From a virus (taxonomy: Duplodnaviria; Heunggongvirae; Uroviricota; Caudoviricetes): a DNA stretch of 35,939 bases. The DNA is taken from IMG/VR virus record IMGVR_UViG_2627853983_000005. One strand, written 5' to 3'. Position 1 is the first letter of the stretch. Every line of letters starts with the position of its first letter. The translations under genes were made by a program, and so were the position numbers. Positions 8,591-17,544 of this stretch are shown one piece after another. The notes beneath the pieces were generated by a model. That model saw only the letters and a list, made by a program, of their open reading frames with translations. It was not told the origin of the DNA and did no database searches.

Positions 8591-9570
8591 TCAGCCAGCG
8601 GATTAAAGTTGATCGCGTCCAGTAAAAAGTCCGGCGAAAAATGAGCGTACGTCATTGTTTGCTGAATCGTTGCGTGCCCCAGGATTCGTTGCAACGTAAC
8701 AATATTTCCGCCATTCATCATAAAGTGTGTGGCAAATGTATGACGCATGACATGCGTAGCCTGCCCCTTCGGCAAATCCGGTTTCACCTCCTGAAGAATC
8801 TCCCGGAACTTCAGATAATCAACCTGATACAATAACCCCGTTCGACGGGTTTTAATCAGAGGCACGACCGAATCCGCCACAGGAACCGAACGGGATTTTC
8901 CGTTTTTGGTGTTAAAGAACGTCACCCGGTTGCCAACGATATGCTCTCCACGTAGTTCCGATGCTTCACTCCATCGGGCACCAGTAGAAAGACACAGAAT
9001 GGCAACACGACGCACATCACCCTCCAGTCGCTCAAGAAGCCGTTCAATCTCATCATCAGAAAGAAAGGCCATCTCTGTGTTCTGAACTTTCAGTTTTCGT
9101 ATACCGCGTACAGGGTTCGCGTTGTGAAAGACCTCAGCTTCAATCAGCACCGTGAACATGGTAGACAGTACGCATAAGTCACGATTAATACTGGACGGCA
9201 TTAATCCGGCCTGTAATTTCTCTGACCGATATTCAAGCATAAATTTTCGCGTCATCTGACTGGCGCGAGGATCTCCCATTTCACGAACAACCTTCCCTAG
9301 CCTAACCCTGTAGCTATCCCCGTAAGCCTGATTACGCCCATCAAGCATCCACCACGCATCAAGCAGCTCTGATAATCGCCGCTGATCAGCTGGCTTAGCC
9401 TGCCATGGCTTGTCATGAAAGTTCTGTAACACATACTTCTCAAACTCCTGAGCCTTTGATTTCAGGGCAAAGATTTTTCGAATCCGCTTTCCTTCCGCCC
9501 CCTGCGGTCTGACATCGACCTGATAACGTCCGTCTTTGAGTTGCTTAATCGACATGATTAGCCCCTCCAA
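8563..9570 (-). CDS. int: Tyrosine integrase, P2-type
   Basis: 335 aa with C-terminal catalytic region (...ATHVMRHTFATHF...LGHATIQQTMTYAH); adjacent to C repressor as in P2. Confidence 0.9.
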   Translation of the reverse strand: MEGLIMSIKQLKDGRYQVDVRPQGAEGKRIRKIFALKSKAQEFEKYVLQNFHDKPWQAKPADQRRLSELLDAWWMLDGRNQAYGDSYRVRLGKVVREMGDPRASQMTRKFMLEYRSEKLQAGLMPSSINRDLCVLSTMFTVLIEAEVFHNANPVRGIRKLKVQNTEMAFLSDDEIERLLERLEGDVRRVAILCLSTGARWSEASELRGEHIVGNRVTFFNTKNGKSRSVPVADSVVPLIKTRRTGLLYQVDYLKFREILQEVKPDLPKGQATHVMRHTFATHFMMNGGNIVTLQRILGHATIQQTMTYAHFSPDFLLDAINFNPLAESVHKLSID

Positions 9571-9624
9571 CGGATAAATTAACTAAACACTCCTTGCGAT
9601 ATGTAATTCGCTCAATGTGTAGAG

Positions 9625-9966
9625 TCAGCCAACATTGCGGCCTGATCGGGGTGATTTTTGGGTAATACCGATTGAAACCTGATCGCCCTCCGACTGAATA
9701 GATCCATCAAGAGAGAGAGCCGGAGCAATCTGCCCGGCGACAGGTAGCGTCTTATCTTTTATTAGCCACAGCATGTATTTTTCAAAGCGATCGACTTGCA
9801 GAACCGCCTCAACGATTTTTGCTCTAGCGTTCTTTTGCCCCGATTCGTAATTCCTTATGGTTGCCAAAGACAACCCAGTAATATCCGCAAACTGCTTTTG
9901 TGTTAACCCTTCCGCCTTACGTATCTGACGTAACTTTTTTGCGTAGTCTATTGACAAGATAACCAT
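9625..9966 (-). CDS. C: Immunity repressor C (HTH)
   Basis: HTH ...LTQKQFADITGLSLATIRNYESGQ and QIAPAL motif resembling recalled P2 C; start taken at ATG 9966 (ORF track uses TTG at 10020). Confidence 0.8.
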   Translation of the reverse strand: MVILSIDYAKKLRQIRKAEGLTQKQFADITGLSLATIRNYESGQKNARAKIVEAVLQVDRFEKYMLWLIKDKTLPVAGQIAPALSLDGSIQSEGDQVSIGITQKSPRSGRNVG

Positions 9967-9987
9967 TTGAGTATTAACCTCTCGCAC

Positions 9988-10011
9988 AAAGATAACCTTT
10001 TGGTTATCTTT
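9988..10011. promoter_or_regulatory. Operator-like palindrome in C/cox promoter region
   Basis: AAAGATAACC-TTTT-GGTTATCTTT perfect 10-bp inverted repeat 22 bp upstream of C start. Confidence 0.5.
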
Positions 10012-10070
10012 ACAAGCCAAAACAAACCATCACAAGGCGCGACAAGCGCACCAACGCAAGAGGATAACAA

Positions 10071-10592
10071 ATGCGGGACTTCATTGCCGATAAAGAGTTA
10101 TCTGACCACCAACCACTTCAGGAAAGTGACGCACTCAGCGGATCCATTGATGCCGCCAACGACGACGAGCACGAAGAAAACAAGAAAAAGCGTTCCTACA
10201 AAAAAGGAGCGACTTTGCGGCTGGATGGTCCGATCGCCGGGCTTTGCTCTCTGGAAAAAGGCGCGGCATATATTGGGCTAACAAAATCTGCACTGCGCGT
10301 AGCCATTCATCGCGGTCAAATGCCGGGACACAAGACGCGCACAAACCCGGAAGATGAAAACTCAGACGGAGTATGGTGGTTTAACGCCAAAGAGTGGGAC
10401 AAGTTGGCTGATGAGCTACCAGAGCACGAGCCCCCAGAATGGCACAACTGGAAAAGTTACTGGACGTATGACCGCCAGAAAAGGAAGTTCTCTCCAGCTA
10501 ATAAAGAAGACTGCCAGACCATTAACGGTAAGCGAGTTTATACAGGCAGAAGCTCAAAACTGGACCAACTCAGAAACAACAGAGGCAACTAA
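10071..10592 (+). CDS. Cox/Apl-like early regulator, putative excisionase
   Basis: First gene of rightward early operon, facing C; central HTH-like segment AAYIGLTKSALRVAIHRGQMPG; acidic N-terminus. Alternative TTG start at 10215 with AAGGAG RBS. Confidence 0.5.
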   Translation: MRDFIADKELSDHQPLQESDALSGSIDAANDDEHEENKKKRSYKKGATLRLDGPIAGLCSLEKGAAYIGLTKSALRVAIHRGQMPGHKTRTNPEDENSDGVWWFNAKEWDKLADELPEHEPPEWHNWKSYWTYDRQKRKFSPANKEDCQTINGKRVYTGRSSKLDQLRNNRGN

Positions 10593-10596
10593 TCGT

Positions 10597-11019
10597 ATGA
10601 AAACAAACACGTCAGATTTCACAATAACTATTTCAAAAAATGACCAAGCATTAATTGATAACCTGAAATACCTTGCGGAAAAACATAATAACGGACGAAT
10701 TGCAATTAATTTACGACACATCACAGGAGTAACAATTGTAACCAGTTACTGGCATCTATATCTAATCGCTAAATCAGTACTTGAAAACAAAGATTCTGTT
10801 GTCAATGGAAGAGATATAGATACTCTTCCTGCACAAATCAAACCGATAGCCTATCAATTGCGTAATCGTTTTAAAAATGAAGGTGGGATTATATTTGACT
10901 TTCCCGCAGCTGTAGCCGTGAGCTTCTCTCGGGGGGATATACTTCACTCATTTCGTTTTGCTCTATCAGGTGACGAGACATTATGGCAGCTAGAAGATGC
11001 CGGGAGCAGCCCGGCATAA
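10597..11019 (+). CDS. Hypothetical protein in AT-rich island
   Basis: ATG 10597 with AGAGG RBS; 141 aa; sharp drop in GC relative to flanks. Confidence 0.55.
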   Translation: MKTNTSDFTITISKNDQALIDNLKYLAEKHNNGRIAINLRHITGVTIVTSYWHLYLIAKSVLENKDSVVNGRDIDTLPAQIKPIAYQLRNRFKNEGGIIFDFPAAVAVSFSRGDILHSFRFALSGDETLWQLEDAGSSPA

Positions 11020-11025
11020 ATCAAA

Positions 11026-11217
11026 TTAAAAATCAACCAGTTGTGTGACAGGTGGGTATTTACGCTGAATTTTGTCAGTTACTAACGCCAGTAATATATG
11101 AATCTCTGTGTTTAATGCGTCTTTATCACCCGTCGTTTTTACCCTGGGAGGGTTAATGTTATCCAGAGCAGCACTAAGTTCACTCAACAAATTAACAACT
11201 TTTTTATCTTCTGACAT
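11026..11217 (-). CDS. Hypothetical small protein (63 aa), antisense to early operon
   Basis: AAGAGG RBS 6 nt upstream of ATG; convergent with previous gene; AT-rich. Confidence 0.5.
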   Translation of the reverse strand: MSEDKKVVNLLSELSAALDNINPPRVKTTGDKDALNTEIHILLALVTDKIQRKYPPVTQLVDF

Positions 11218-11354
11218 GAAAACCTCTTAACAATTTAATTAAACATAAGCCAGGACCTGAACCGGCCAGTCCAAGTCCTAGACACACAAAAAAAATACCA
11301 CAAATCAATACAAGGTGACACGAGTACACCTTACCGAAGGTACAGAGTTTTAAT

Positions 11355-11705
11355 ATGAAACTACAGCGCAATTCTTCACAGCAGCGCTTCCGCAACGGTG
11401 CGGAACGCCATGCTAACCGTTTCGCTACCAGTGCATCACGTAGCAACTCTCGCTACAGCCTGAGCGAAACACACGCAACGCCGGATGGCTACCCAGTAAA
11501 ACAAATTGGTGAACACACTTGGCTGATTGAAAAAGCAGGAATCGTGGTTCACAGATGCCAGCGCAACCCATTTACCGGAAACCGCATTTTTGCACTGAGC
11601 AACGGCGACAATCAGTTCGGGCAGGATTTCACATTATACGAAGCACTTCGCACGGTTGATCGTCTGCTTCACGGGCAAAGTTTTATTAAACAGGCTGATT
11701 TATAA
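11355..11705 (+). CDS. Hypothetical early protein
   Basis: 116-aa ORF in early operon. Confidence 0.6.
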   Translation: MKLQRNSSQQRFRNGAERHANRFATSASRSNSRYSLSETHATPDGYPVKQIGEHTWLIEKAGIVVHRCQRNPFTGNRIFALSNGDNQFGQDFTLYEALRTVDRLLHGQSFIKQADL

Positions 11706-11715
11706 CAGGTGCTTT

Positions 11716-11994
11716 ATGACCAAAGAGCATGCACAAGGTGTATTTATCCGTTTTATTGATTTTCGCGGTGAACTGTTATTACGCGCATCAGCCATTGACG
11801 GAGTTGTTCCATCCGAAAAAAATGCAGCTACTTACGTTTATCTGAACGGCACGCGCCTGACCGTAGAACTTCCGTACCAGACTGTACACGAAATCATTAG
11901 CGAAGCGGAAAAAGCACGTAAGACTAATGGCGATGAACCCTATATCGAAATTATTTGTATGGATTCAGAAGCAGAAATTCAGAAAGCAGATTAA
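11716..11994 (+). CDS. Hypothetical early protein
   Basis: ATG 11716 with AGGTG RBS, in frame with ORF 11656-11994. Confidence 0.55.
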   Translation: MTKEHAQGVFIRFIDFRGELLLRASAIDGVVPSEKNAATYVYLNGTRLTVELPYQTVHEIISEAEKARKTNGDEPYIEIICMDSEAEIQKAD

Positions 11995-12005
11995 AGGGCG
12001 TTGCG

Positions 12006-12248
12006 ATGGGCAAAGAATATAAAACTCTCATTAACAAAGCACTTGAGCGTTTTTATTTTCGCTTAAGTGCATCAGGCGCTCATGCTGAACGTGCAGCCCG
12101 TGACTCATTGACCAGGGCAATCCGGAGTCTGTATGACGTGGCTTTTTACGCTGATGATCTGGATGCACTTAACGAACTTTCCGAGCTGATCTGTGCCGCA
12201 GAATGCGGGGAACATATTGAACCGTATAAGCTGGGGAATATCGCATGA
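12006..12248 (+). CDS. Hypothetical early protein
   Basis: ATG 12006 with AAGGG RBS; stop overlaps next start (ATGA). Confidence 0.55.
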   Translation: MGKEYKTLINKALERFYFRLSASGAHAERAARDSLTRAIRSLYDVAFYADDLDALNELSELICAAECGEHIEPYKLGNIA

Positions 12249-12358
12249 GTATATTTATGTCATGGATTGTTCTGATTATTTCAGTGGTCTGCGCAATTGG
12301 CATTGTGCGAATTATTCATTCAGTAAAAAAGATTGAACGTTTTTTCACTGGTGAATAA
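12245..12358 (+). CDS. Possible small single-TM peptide (37 aa)
   Basis: MSIFMSWIVLIISVVCAIGIVRIIHSVKKIERFFTGE; start overlaps previous stop (ATGA coupling). Confidence 0.3.
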   Translation: MSIFMSWIVLIISVVCAIGIVRIIHSVKKIERFFTGE

Positions 12359-12451
12359 CGATACAAATAAAACATCAAATTAAATAAGAAAACGTGAAAA
12401 CCATCCGTATTAACGGAGGTATTCGCACACGCAAATAACGGAGATACAAAA

Positions 12452-12862
12452 ATGCACGCAAAAGAAGAAGGTATCATCAGAGCACTGAAAGAAATTTCAA
12501 AGACAGAAAACGAAGTAGCGAAAAAAGCCATAGCAAATAATCATATGGACGTCGCAACCCACACACTGATAGTCGCAAGAGTCACGGCAGAAGCAGCCGA
12601 AATTATCGCAAAACAGGATGCTGAACTGGCGGTTCTCAGAACACAACCAGTCACCGGACTGGATTTGTCTAACACCGGACGCCTTATTTACACAATTGGC
12701 TCGGAGCTACAGCGATACACCATTATCGCCGGGTTACAGGATAAATACCTGATCACTCCTCACCCCATAAGGGAATCAGAAATTCTGACAAATCTCCGCC
12801 TGATAGAGCGCTCTCAAGTCGCATTCATTGATGACGCACAGTGCACCGTATTTAACGCATAG
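12452..12862 (+). CDS. Hypothetical early protein
   Basis: 136-aa ORF with AGGT/GGAG-type RBS upstream. Confidence 0.6.
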   Translation: MHAKEEGIIRALKEISKTENEVAKKAIANNHMDVATHTLIVARVTAEAAEIIAKQDAELAVLRTQPVTGLDLSNTGRLIYTIGSELQRYTIIAGLQDKYLITPHPIRESEILTNLRLIERSQVAFIDDAQCTVFNA

Positions 12863-12885
12863 AGTTACTGGACAAAGGGGGCGCA

Positions 12886-13089
12886 ATGGCAATTAAGCAT
12901 TTTCCCGTCGTTCGCTTTACCTCCAGAGGGCGCGAATACGAGGTCGACGAACGCCTGATTACCACTATCGACAAACATCGTTCGGAAAAGGATGCACACC
13001 ACATCTACCTCACTGACGGCACTTACTTCTGCGCCACTAATGTGGCGCGGGTAAACCTTATCCGACAGGTACAGGAGCCACGCAGATGA
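12886..13089 (+). CDS. Hypothetical early protein
   Basis: 67-aa ORF; stop overlaps next start. Confidence 0.5.
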   Translation: MAIKHFPVVRFTSRGREYEVDERLITTIDKHRSEKDAHHIYLTDGTYFCATNVARVNLIRQVQEPRR

Positions 13090-13352
13090 CCATTCTGGAC
13101 TACATCGCTACTCATCCGGGGTGTAGCGGCGGAGAGATCGCCGCAGCACTGAATACTCCAACCACAGCCATTAATGCTGAGTTACGCCAACTTTGGCGCG
13201 GCGGCTTAGTCATCAGAACAAACCGCAGCACAGGTGGTCGCGCTCGCAAAACTGGAGGCCAGGCTTCTTACCACGTAAACCCGATGCCGTTCGGGTGTAG
13301 CAATCCACTTACTCACATGTTTAACCAGCTACTGAAGGAAGCCAGAACATGA
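13086..13352 (+). CDS. Hypothetical early protein, possible winged-helix
   Basis: 88-aa ORF translationally coupled to neighbours. Confidence 0.55.
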   Translation: MTILDYIATHPGCSGGEIAAALNTPTTAINAELRQLWRGGLVIRTNRSTGGRARKTGGQASYHVNPMPFGCSNPLTHMFNQLLKEART

Positions 13353-13648
13353 GCACCATCAACCACCAGAAGCTACGCGAACTGGCATTTGCCCTGCAAC
13401 GAATGGCAACACCTCAAAAATTACTGGCATTTCGCGCAATGCTCTCGCCGTCTGCTGCGCTGGCATTGCTGGATGAGCTGGAGCACGCCAGAACCACGGC
13501 TCCTGCCATTCGCCTGACGCTCCATCATGAAATCGCTGATTTCTGCGCGACATTGGAGGTGCCAGGCGAACCGGAAACGCCGGAAGCAATACAGCAAGAG
13601 CTGCTGCAACGTATTGACAAGGTTTTTGATTTTTTTCTGAACCAGTAA
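13349..13648 (+). CDS. Hypothetical early protein
   Basis: 99-aa ORF translationally coupled (ATGA overlap). Confidence 0.55.
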   Translation: MSTINHQKLRELAFALQRMATPQKLLAFRAMLSPSAALALLDELEHARTTAPAIRLTLHHEIADFCATLEVPGEPETPEAIQQELLQRIDKVFDFFLNQ

Positions 13649-13970
13649 GAAACCAGAGCATGCACACACAAAAAAACCGCTTGCCATGCCGCAATCAGTC
13701 AGGTTACATTTCCGCTGCACCTCATAAAACGGGTGCCGGGTTTCGCAGCCTGCTGACTACACAAGCGCACAACCGCGCCAGCGGTTTTTTTGTGCGTACT
13801 GTATTGCCACGTTTTTTTCGCGTCAGAATTATGGCGGGGCGTACGGGGCCGACTTCGGTCGGGCCGGGTTCTTGTGTAGCCGGTACTGCGAACCTCGTAC
13901 GTCTCGCCACCCACAGTTTCGCAGCTCTGGATGGTGAGTTTTCACAACTTACTACACAAGGGGCCACACC

Positions 13971-14201
13971 ATGGCAAACCGCAAACAGCACCGCGCTATC
14001 GCGGAGCGTCGTCACATCCAGACTGAAATCAACCGCAGACTTTCCCGCGCATCACGCGTCGCGCAAATCATGCACATCAATATGCTGCATGAGCGCAGCC
14101 ACGCACTATCAAACATTTATTCCGCCTCTGTTTTCAGCTATCTGGCGGATGATCTGCACGAGCTTCAACAGCTCATCCAGCAGCAAAACAAACTCCATTA
14201 A
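13971..14201 (+). CDS. Hypothetical small basic protein
   Basis: 76-aa ORF with AAGGGG RBS after a structured non-coding stretch. Confidence 0.45.
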   Translation: MANRKQHRAIAERRHIQTEINRRLSRASRVAQIMHINMLHERSHALSNIYSASVFSYLADDLHELQQLIQQQNKLH

Positions 14202-14273
14202 TTCCTGTTCCGGGCCTTTCCTGCACCTTGCGGCGGGAGGCCTTCGCACATCTGTAACAAGAGGATTGCCGCA

Positions 14274-14639
14274 ATGATTCTCGCCAACGACTTTCTTGAA
14301 TACCTGCTCAATACAGAACGTGATCTTGCCGCTCGCGTGCGTGATCGTTATGACATGTACCTGAAATCCCTGCCTGTACCGCAGCTCGCTGACGGAAAGA
14401 TTGTTATTGATGGTCGCTACATGATTGACAGCCACGAGGGAAATTACAGGCTTTACCGCATTGAAGGTGGCACCCCGTCCGTTATTGGCATTTACCAGCG
14501 CCCATCCTCTGCAATCGTCGATGTGATTGCCGACAGCATCCGCATCACACATCGCCATGCCGACACAGAAGACACCGTGCTGGAAATTCAGCGGCTGGCT
14601 ACAGTCTGCCGCGACACCCTGAATGGCATGACGAAGTAA
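14274..14639 (+). CDS. Hypothetical early protein upstream of A
   Basis: 121-aa ORF with AAGAGGA RBS. Confidence 0.55.
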   Translation: MILANDFLEYLLNTERDLAARVRDRYDMYLKSLPVPQLADGKIVIDGRYMIDSHEGNYRLYRIEGGTPSVIGIYQRPSSAIVDVIADSIRITHRHADTEDTVLEIQRLATVCRDTLNGMTK

Positions 14640-14645
14640 ATCACT

Positions 14646-17468
14646 ATGACGGCAGAGTACCTCAGGGACTGGCAACAACCGCGCCACGCAGTGGGGCGTG
14701 AAGGAACGGGGATCCCCGCTCCTGAATCCGCGCTTTCCTCCTGGCTGGATGCCTACCGGGCAGAGAACGAGCGCCGCCAGGAAATGGCTGATGCGGCGTT
14801 CTCAGCCACGCCGCTGGGCAACCTGATTAATAAAAGCCTGGACGCACAGGAAAAACAGGACAAAACCATCACACTGGCAGGAGACGCCAGAAAACAGGCA
14901 CGTGGCGCGGTGGATGAAGCCATGGCCTCGCTGCGCCTGCTGCCGTCCTATCTGCGCGATCCGCTTATTCGCCACCTCTCCTTCCTGCGCAAAAAACAGG
15001 AAGCCGATCGCCGGAAAGGCAAAAAGAGCTGGCAGGCGGAACGCTATGCACGCGGAACCCTGCGCAAAATATTCGAACGTCTGGATAGCACTGACGGACG
15101 CTGGCTGACACCGGGTTATCGCTCCCTTGCCGGACGCGAACGCCTGGACGATTTGCTTTACCTGCCGCAGCTCAACAAACACCAGATACAGACGCTGGCC
15201 ACCATGACGGCGGCGATGTTCAGCAGCACCTTCGAAAAACTCTGCGATGGCTTTGGCGCGACCGATGGCGAGCTGACCATGGATGTAACCCTGAAGGCGT
15301 ATCAGATGCTGGCCCGCATGGCGTTACACCTGCACGCCATGCCTCCACATTATGACGCACTGACAACAGACAAAGACCGGAGGAACGAACCGGACACGGA
15401 GCTGCTGCCGGGCGCAATCCTTCGCCTGACCTGTGCGGAATGGTGGAAACGCAAACTGTGGCTGTTACGTTGCGAGTGGAGAGAAGAACAACTCCGCGCC
15501 GCCTGTCTGGTTTCCAGAAAAACATCACCCTATCTGAGCCAGGACGCGTTAAGCGAGTTTCGCGCACAGCGCGAGAAAACACGCGATTTCCTGAAAAGTT
15601 TCATGCTGGAAAATGAAGACGGGTTCACGATTGATCTCGAGACAGTGTATTACGCGGGAGTAAGTAACCCGGTTCACCGTAAGGCAGAAATGATGGCCAC
15701 CATGAAGGGACTGGAACTTCTGGCCGAAGCCCGTGGCGACAAAGCGGTGTTTCTGACTGTCACCTGCCCGTCAAAATACCACGCCACAACGGAGAACGGT
15801 CATCCGAATCCCAAATGGAACGGGGCCACAATGCGCGACTCCAGCGATTACCTGGTTAACACGTTTTTTGCGGCGGTCCGCAAAAAACTGAACCGCGACG
15901 GCCTGCGCTGGTATGGCATCCGCACGGTGGAGCCTCATCATGACGGCACCGTGCACTGGCATATGATGGTCTTTGCACATCCGGAAGAAATCGACACCAT
16001 TGTGTCCCATACCCGCGATATTGCCATTCAGGAAGACCGCCACGAGCTGGGCAATGATATTACTCCGCGCTTTAAGGTGGAGTATGTCGACGGCTCAAAA
16101 GGCACGCCAACCAGCTACATCGCCACCTACATCGGAAAGAACCTGGACAGCCGCGCCGTGGATGGCATCGACCCGAAAACGGGCAAGCCACGCGTGGACC
16201 ACGAAACCGGAAAATCAATGGCCGAGAGCGTGGAGCGCGCCATCGGCTGGGCGCGCCTTCACCGGGTCCGTCAGTTCCAGTTCTTTGGCATCCCCTCCCG
16301 TCAGGTGTGGCGTGAACTGCGCCGCCTTGCCAGCCAGATGGCACGCAATCCGGAAGGCCCGCAACGGCTGAAAGATGATGCAATGGATGCGGTACTCGCT
16401 GCCGCCGATGCCGGGTGTTTTGCCACCTACATTGAAAAACAGGGTGGCGTGCTTGTTCCACGCAAGGACTACCTGATTCGCACCGCCTACGACCTCGCAG
16501 ATGAGCTGAACGATTACGGCGAACAGAGCGTACAGATTTACGGGATCTGGTCACCACTCATCGGGGAATCCTCCCGTGTGTGCACGCATCCGGATAACTG
16601 GAAGCTGGTAAGACGTAAACCGGAAGCGGAAGACAGCGCCCGCGAAAATGGTTTTGACCTTCAGGGCGGCCCTGCCGCCCCTTGGACTCGTGGCAATAAC
16701 TGTCCCCGTGTACAGGAAACGGACAACAACGGGACAGAACAGCCGGAAGAACGGCCAGCACCGTGGCCGCAGCTCCCTGACGGCGTTGAAGTGAACGAAT
16801 GGATGCGCTCACTGAAACGACACGAACGCCGGGCGCTGATGCGTTCGCTTCGTGACAAACAGGCAAAAAACAGCAGCGATGAAATGCAGAGCTGGACACA
16901 GAGCCGCAAACAGCAGCGGCCTTTGCCTGATAACCACGAATTACTCGCTAAAGAATGGCGGGAGTCTGCTGAATCTCTCGGCCTGCATATCGGTGAACAA
17001 CAGATGCAGCACCTGTTACGGGGCGGCAGTCTGTACGTTGACGGCAGCATCATTGCACCGCAGGGATTTGAAATTGTACGCAAACCGGATACCCGCCCGG
17101 ACAGCCGAATCACGCAGCTCTGGCAGCGCCTGAGCCGTAATCATGGCGTAAGCAGCACGGAGATCCGCCATAACCCGGTCGCCAGCTATCTGGCACAGCT
17201 GGGGGCATCAGACCCTGAAGCCGCCGCACGCCTGGCATCCACACTTCAGCAGGGCCAGAACACCATGAAAACACCCGTTACCGTGCTTTCTGACATGCTG
17301 CGCGCCATCCGCGACGCAGAGCACGCACAGAGAATCAGTGAAACCACTGAACGCGCCAGCCGCAAAGCAGACCTGCTGCGGGGTGGCCTGACCAGTGGAA
17401 ACAAAAAACAGACAGAAACGGGACTTACGAATCCCGTAAATGAGCAAAAAACGCGCAGCGATATATGA
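14646..17468 (+). CDS. A: Rolling-circle replication initiator gpA (HUH endonuclease)
   Basis: HUH motif HHDGTVHWHMMVFAHP and paired-Tyr motif TSYIATYIGKN; 940 aa, about 180 aa longer than recalled P2 A at the C-terminus. Confidence 0.9.
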   Translation: MTAEYLRDWQQPRHAVGREGTGIPAPESALSSWLDAYRAENERRQEMADAAFSATPLGNLINKSLDAQEKQDKTITLAGDARKQARGAVDEAMASLRLLPSYLRDPLIRHLSFLRKKQEADRRKGKKSWQAERYARGTLRKIFERLDSTDGRWLTPGYRSLAGRERLDDLLYLPQLNKHQIQTLATMTAAMFSSTFEKLCDGFGATDGELTMDVTLKAYQMLARMALHLHAMPPHYDALTTDKDRRNEPDTELLPGAILRLTCAEWWKRKLWLLRCEWREEQLRAACLVSRKTSPYLSQDALSEFRAQREKTRDFLKSFMLENEDGFTIDLETVYYAGVSNPVHRKAEMMATMKGLELLAEARGDKAVFLTVTCPSKYHATTENGHPNPKWNGATMRDSSDYLVNTFFAAVRKKLNRDGLRWYGIRTVEPHHDGTVHWHMMVFAHPEEIDTIVSHTRDIAIQEDRHELGNDITPRFKVEYVDGSKGTPTSYIATYIGKNLDSRAVDGIDPKTGKPRVDHETGKSMAESVERAIGWARLHRVRQFQFFGIPSRQVWRELRRLASQMARNPEGPQRLKDDAMDAVLAAADAGCFATYIEKQGGVLVPRKDYLIRTAYDLADELNDYGEQSVQIYGIWSPLIGESSRVCTHPDNWKLVRRKPEAEDSARENGFDLQGGPAAPWTRGNNCPRVQETDNNGTEQPEERPAPWPQLPDGVEVNEWMRSLKRHERRALMRSLRDKQAKNSSDEMQSWTQSRKQQRPLPDNHELLAKEWRESAESLGLHIGEQQMQHLLRGGSLYVDGSIIAPQGFEIVRKPDTRPDSRITQLWQRLSRNHGVSSTEIRHNPVASYLAQLGASDPEAAARLASTLQQGQNTMKTPVTVLSDMLRAIRDAEHAQRISETTERASRKADLLRGGLTSGNKKQTETGLTNPVNEQKTRSDI

Positions 17469-17515
17469 AGCGCGCACAAAACAGGCAAAAACGGGATTTC
17501 AGAATCCCGTAAACG
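17405..17515 (+). repeat. Two ~38-bp direct repeats each containing a hairpin; candidate parC-like centromere or regulatory site
   Basis: AAAACAGRCARAAACGGGAYTTMNGAATCCCGTAAAYGA at 17405-17443 and 17477-17515; hairpin cores ACGGGA...TCCCGT at 17418-17437 and 17491-17510, directly upstream of parM. Confidence 0.45.
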
Positions 17516-17544
17516 ATTAATTAATCAACATAAGGAAAAGCGAC

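Noticed and set aside
13660-14277. 205-aa plus-strand ORF spanning the structured intergenic region
   Set aside because: Covers hairpin-rich non-coding DNA, overlaps the better-supported 13971-14201 and 14274-14639 ORFs, and has non-protein-like composition with no RBS.
14109-14687. 192-aa minus-strand ORF overlapping 14274-14639 and the start of A
   Set aside because: Antisense to two well-supported plus-strand genes in the early operon; no RBS; treated as a shadow ORF.
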